Shown in pieces: positions 63,946-64,000 of a stretch of 64,000 nucleotides of DNA. The stretch covers positions 28,110 through 92,109 of the forward strand of contig CAJFCJ010000052.1 of NCBI GenBank assembly GCA_904063045.1. The letters run 5' to 3'. A program made the position numbers and the translations under genes. Positions within the stretch are counted from its first letter, which is position 1. The number at the start of each line of letters is the position of its first letter. The notes beneath the pieces were generated by a model. It did no database searches. It saw nothing but the letters and a program-made list of their open reading frames with translations, and was not told the DNA's origin. The stretch is from Dimorphilus gyrociliatus. Taxonomy: Eukaryota > Animalia > Annelida.

Positions 63946-64000
63946 GTCATATTATTGAAAGCAAAATTAATTGATAACCCATTCGGATAATGAGTCATAA

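Noticed and set aside
1-64000. tRNA, rRNA or prokaryotic defence systems
   Set aside because: No tRNA cloverleaf or rRNA recognised (only a PBS complementary to tRNA-Ser); spliceosomal introns show the DNA is eukaryotic.

Overview
AT-rich eukaryotic (invertebrate animal) genomic DNA with very short GT-AG introns, mostly about 55-70 nt. This suggests a compact lophotrochozoan genome; an annelid such as Dimorphilus is plausible, but that is inference only. The window looks like an accessory, immune-type, transposon-rich region. Host genes: three paralogs of a GRL101-like receptor family (SRCR-like/CTL-like, LDLa, LRR, 7TM), two of which visibly carry a C-terminal degenerate kinase-like domain; a STAT-like gene that splices around a missing SH2 domain; a large intronless NACHT-LRR (NLR) gene plus an NLR-type LRR remnant; a sulfotransferase-like gene; a GPI-anchored mosaic protein (FN2, kringle, F5/8C, EGF, PAN, CASPR-type fibrinogen-like, EGF, TSP1, Ly6); a frameshifted divergent actin; one class A GPCR plus a GPCR fragment; and an SLC16 fragment. 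Mobile DNA: a Ty3/Gypsy element (635-bp 5' LTR, tRNA-Ser PBS, gag-PR-RT-RH-IN) with a second aspartic protease and an acidic tail in frame after the integrase GPY module; a solo LTR with a 4-bp TSD and several LTR fragments; a MULE transposase remnant; three related ~200-bp TIR MITE families carrying TTAGGG-type G-tracts (9-bp TSDs in two of the families); and Tc1/mariner remnants. Top leads are the 7TM-pseudokinase receptors, the two-protease Gypsy and the SH2-less STAT. All domain calls are by-eye motif recognition; no database search was run.
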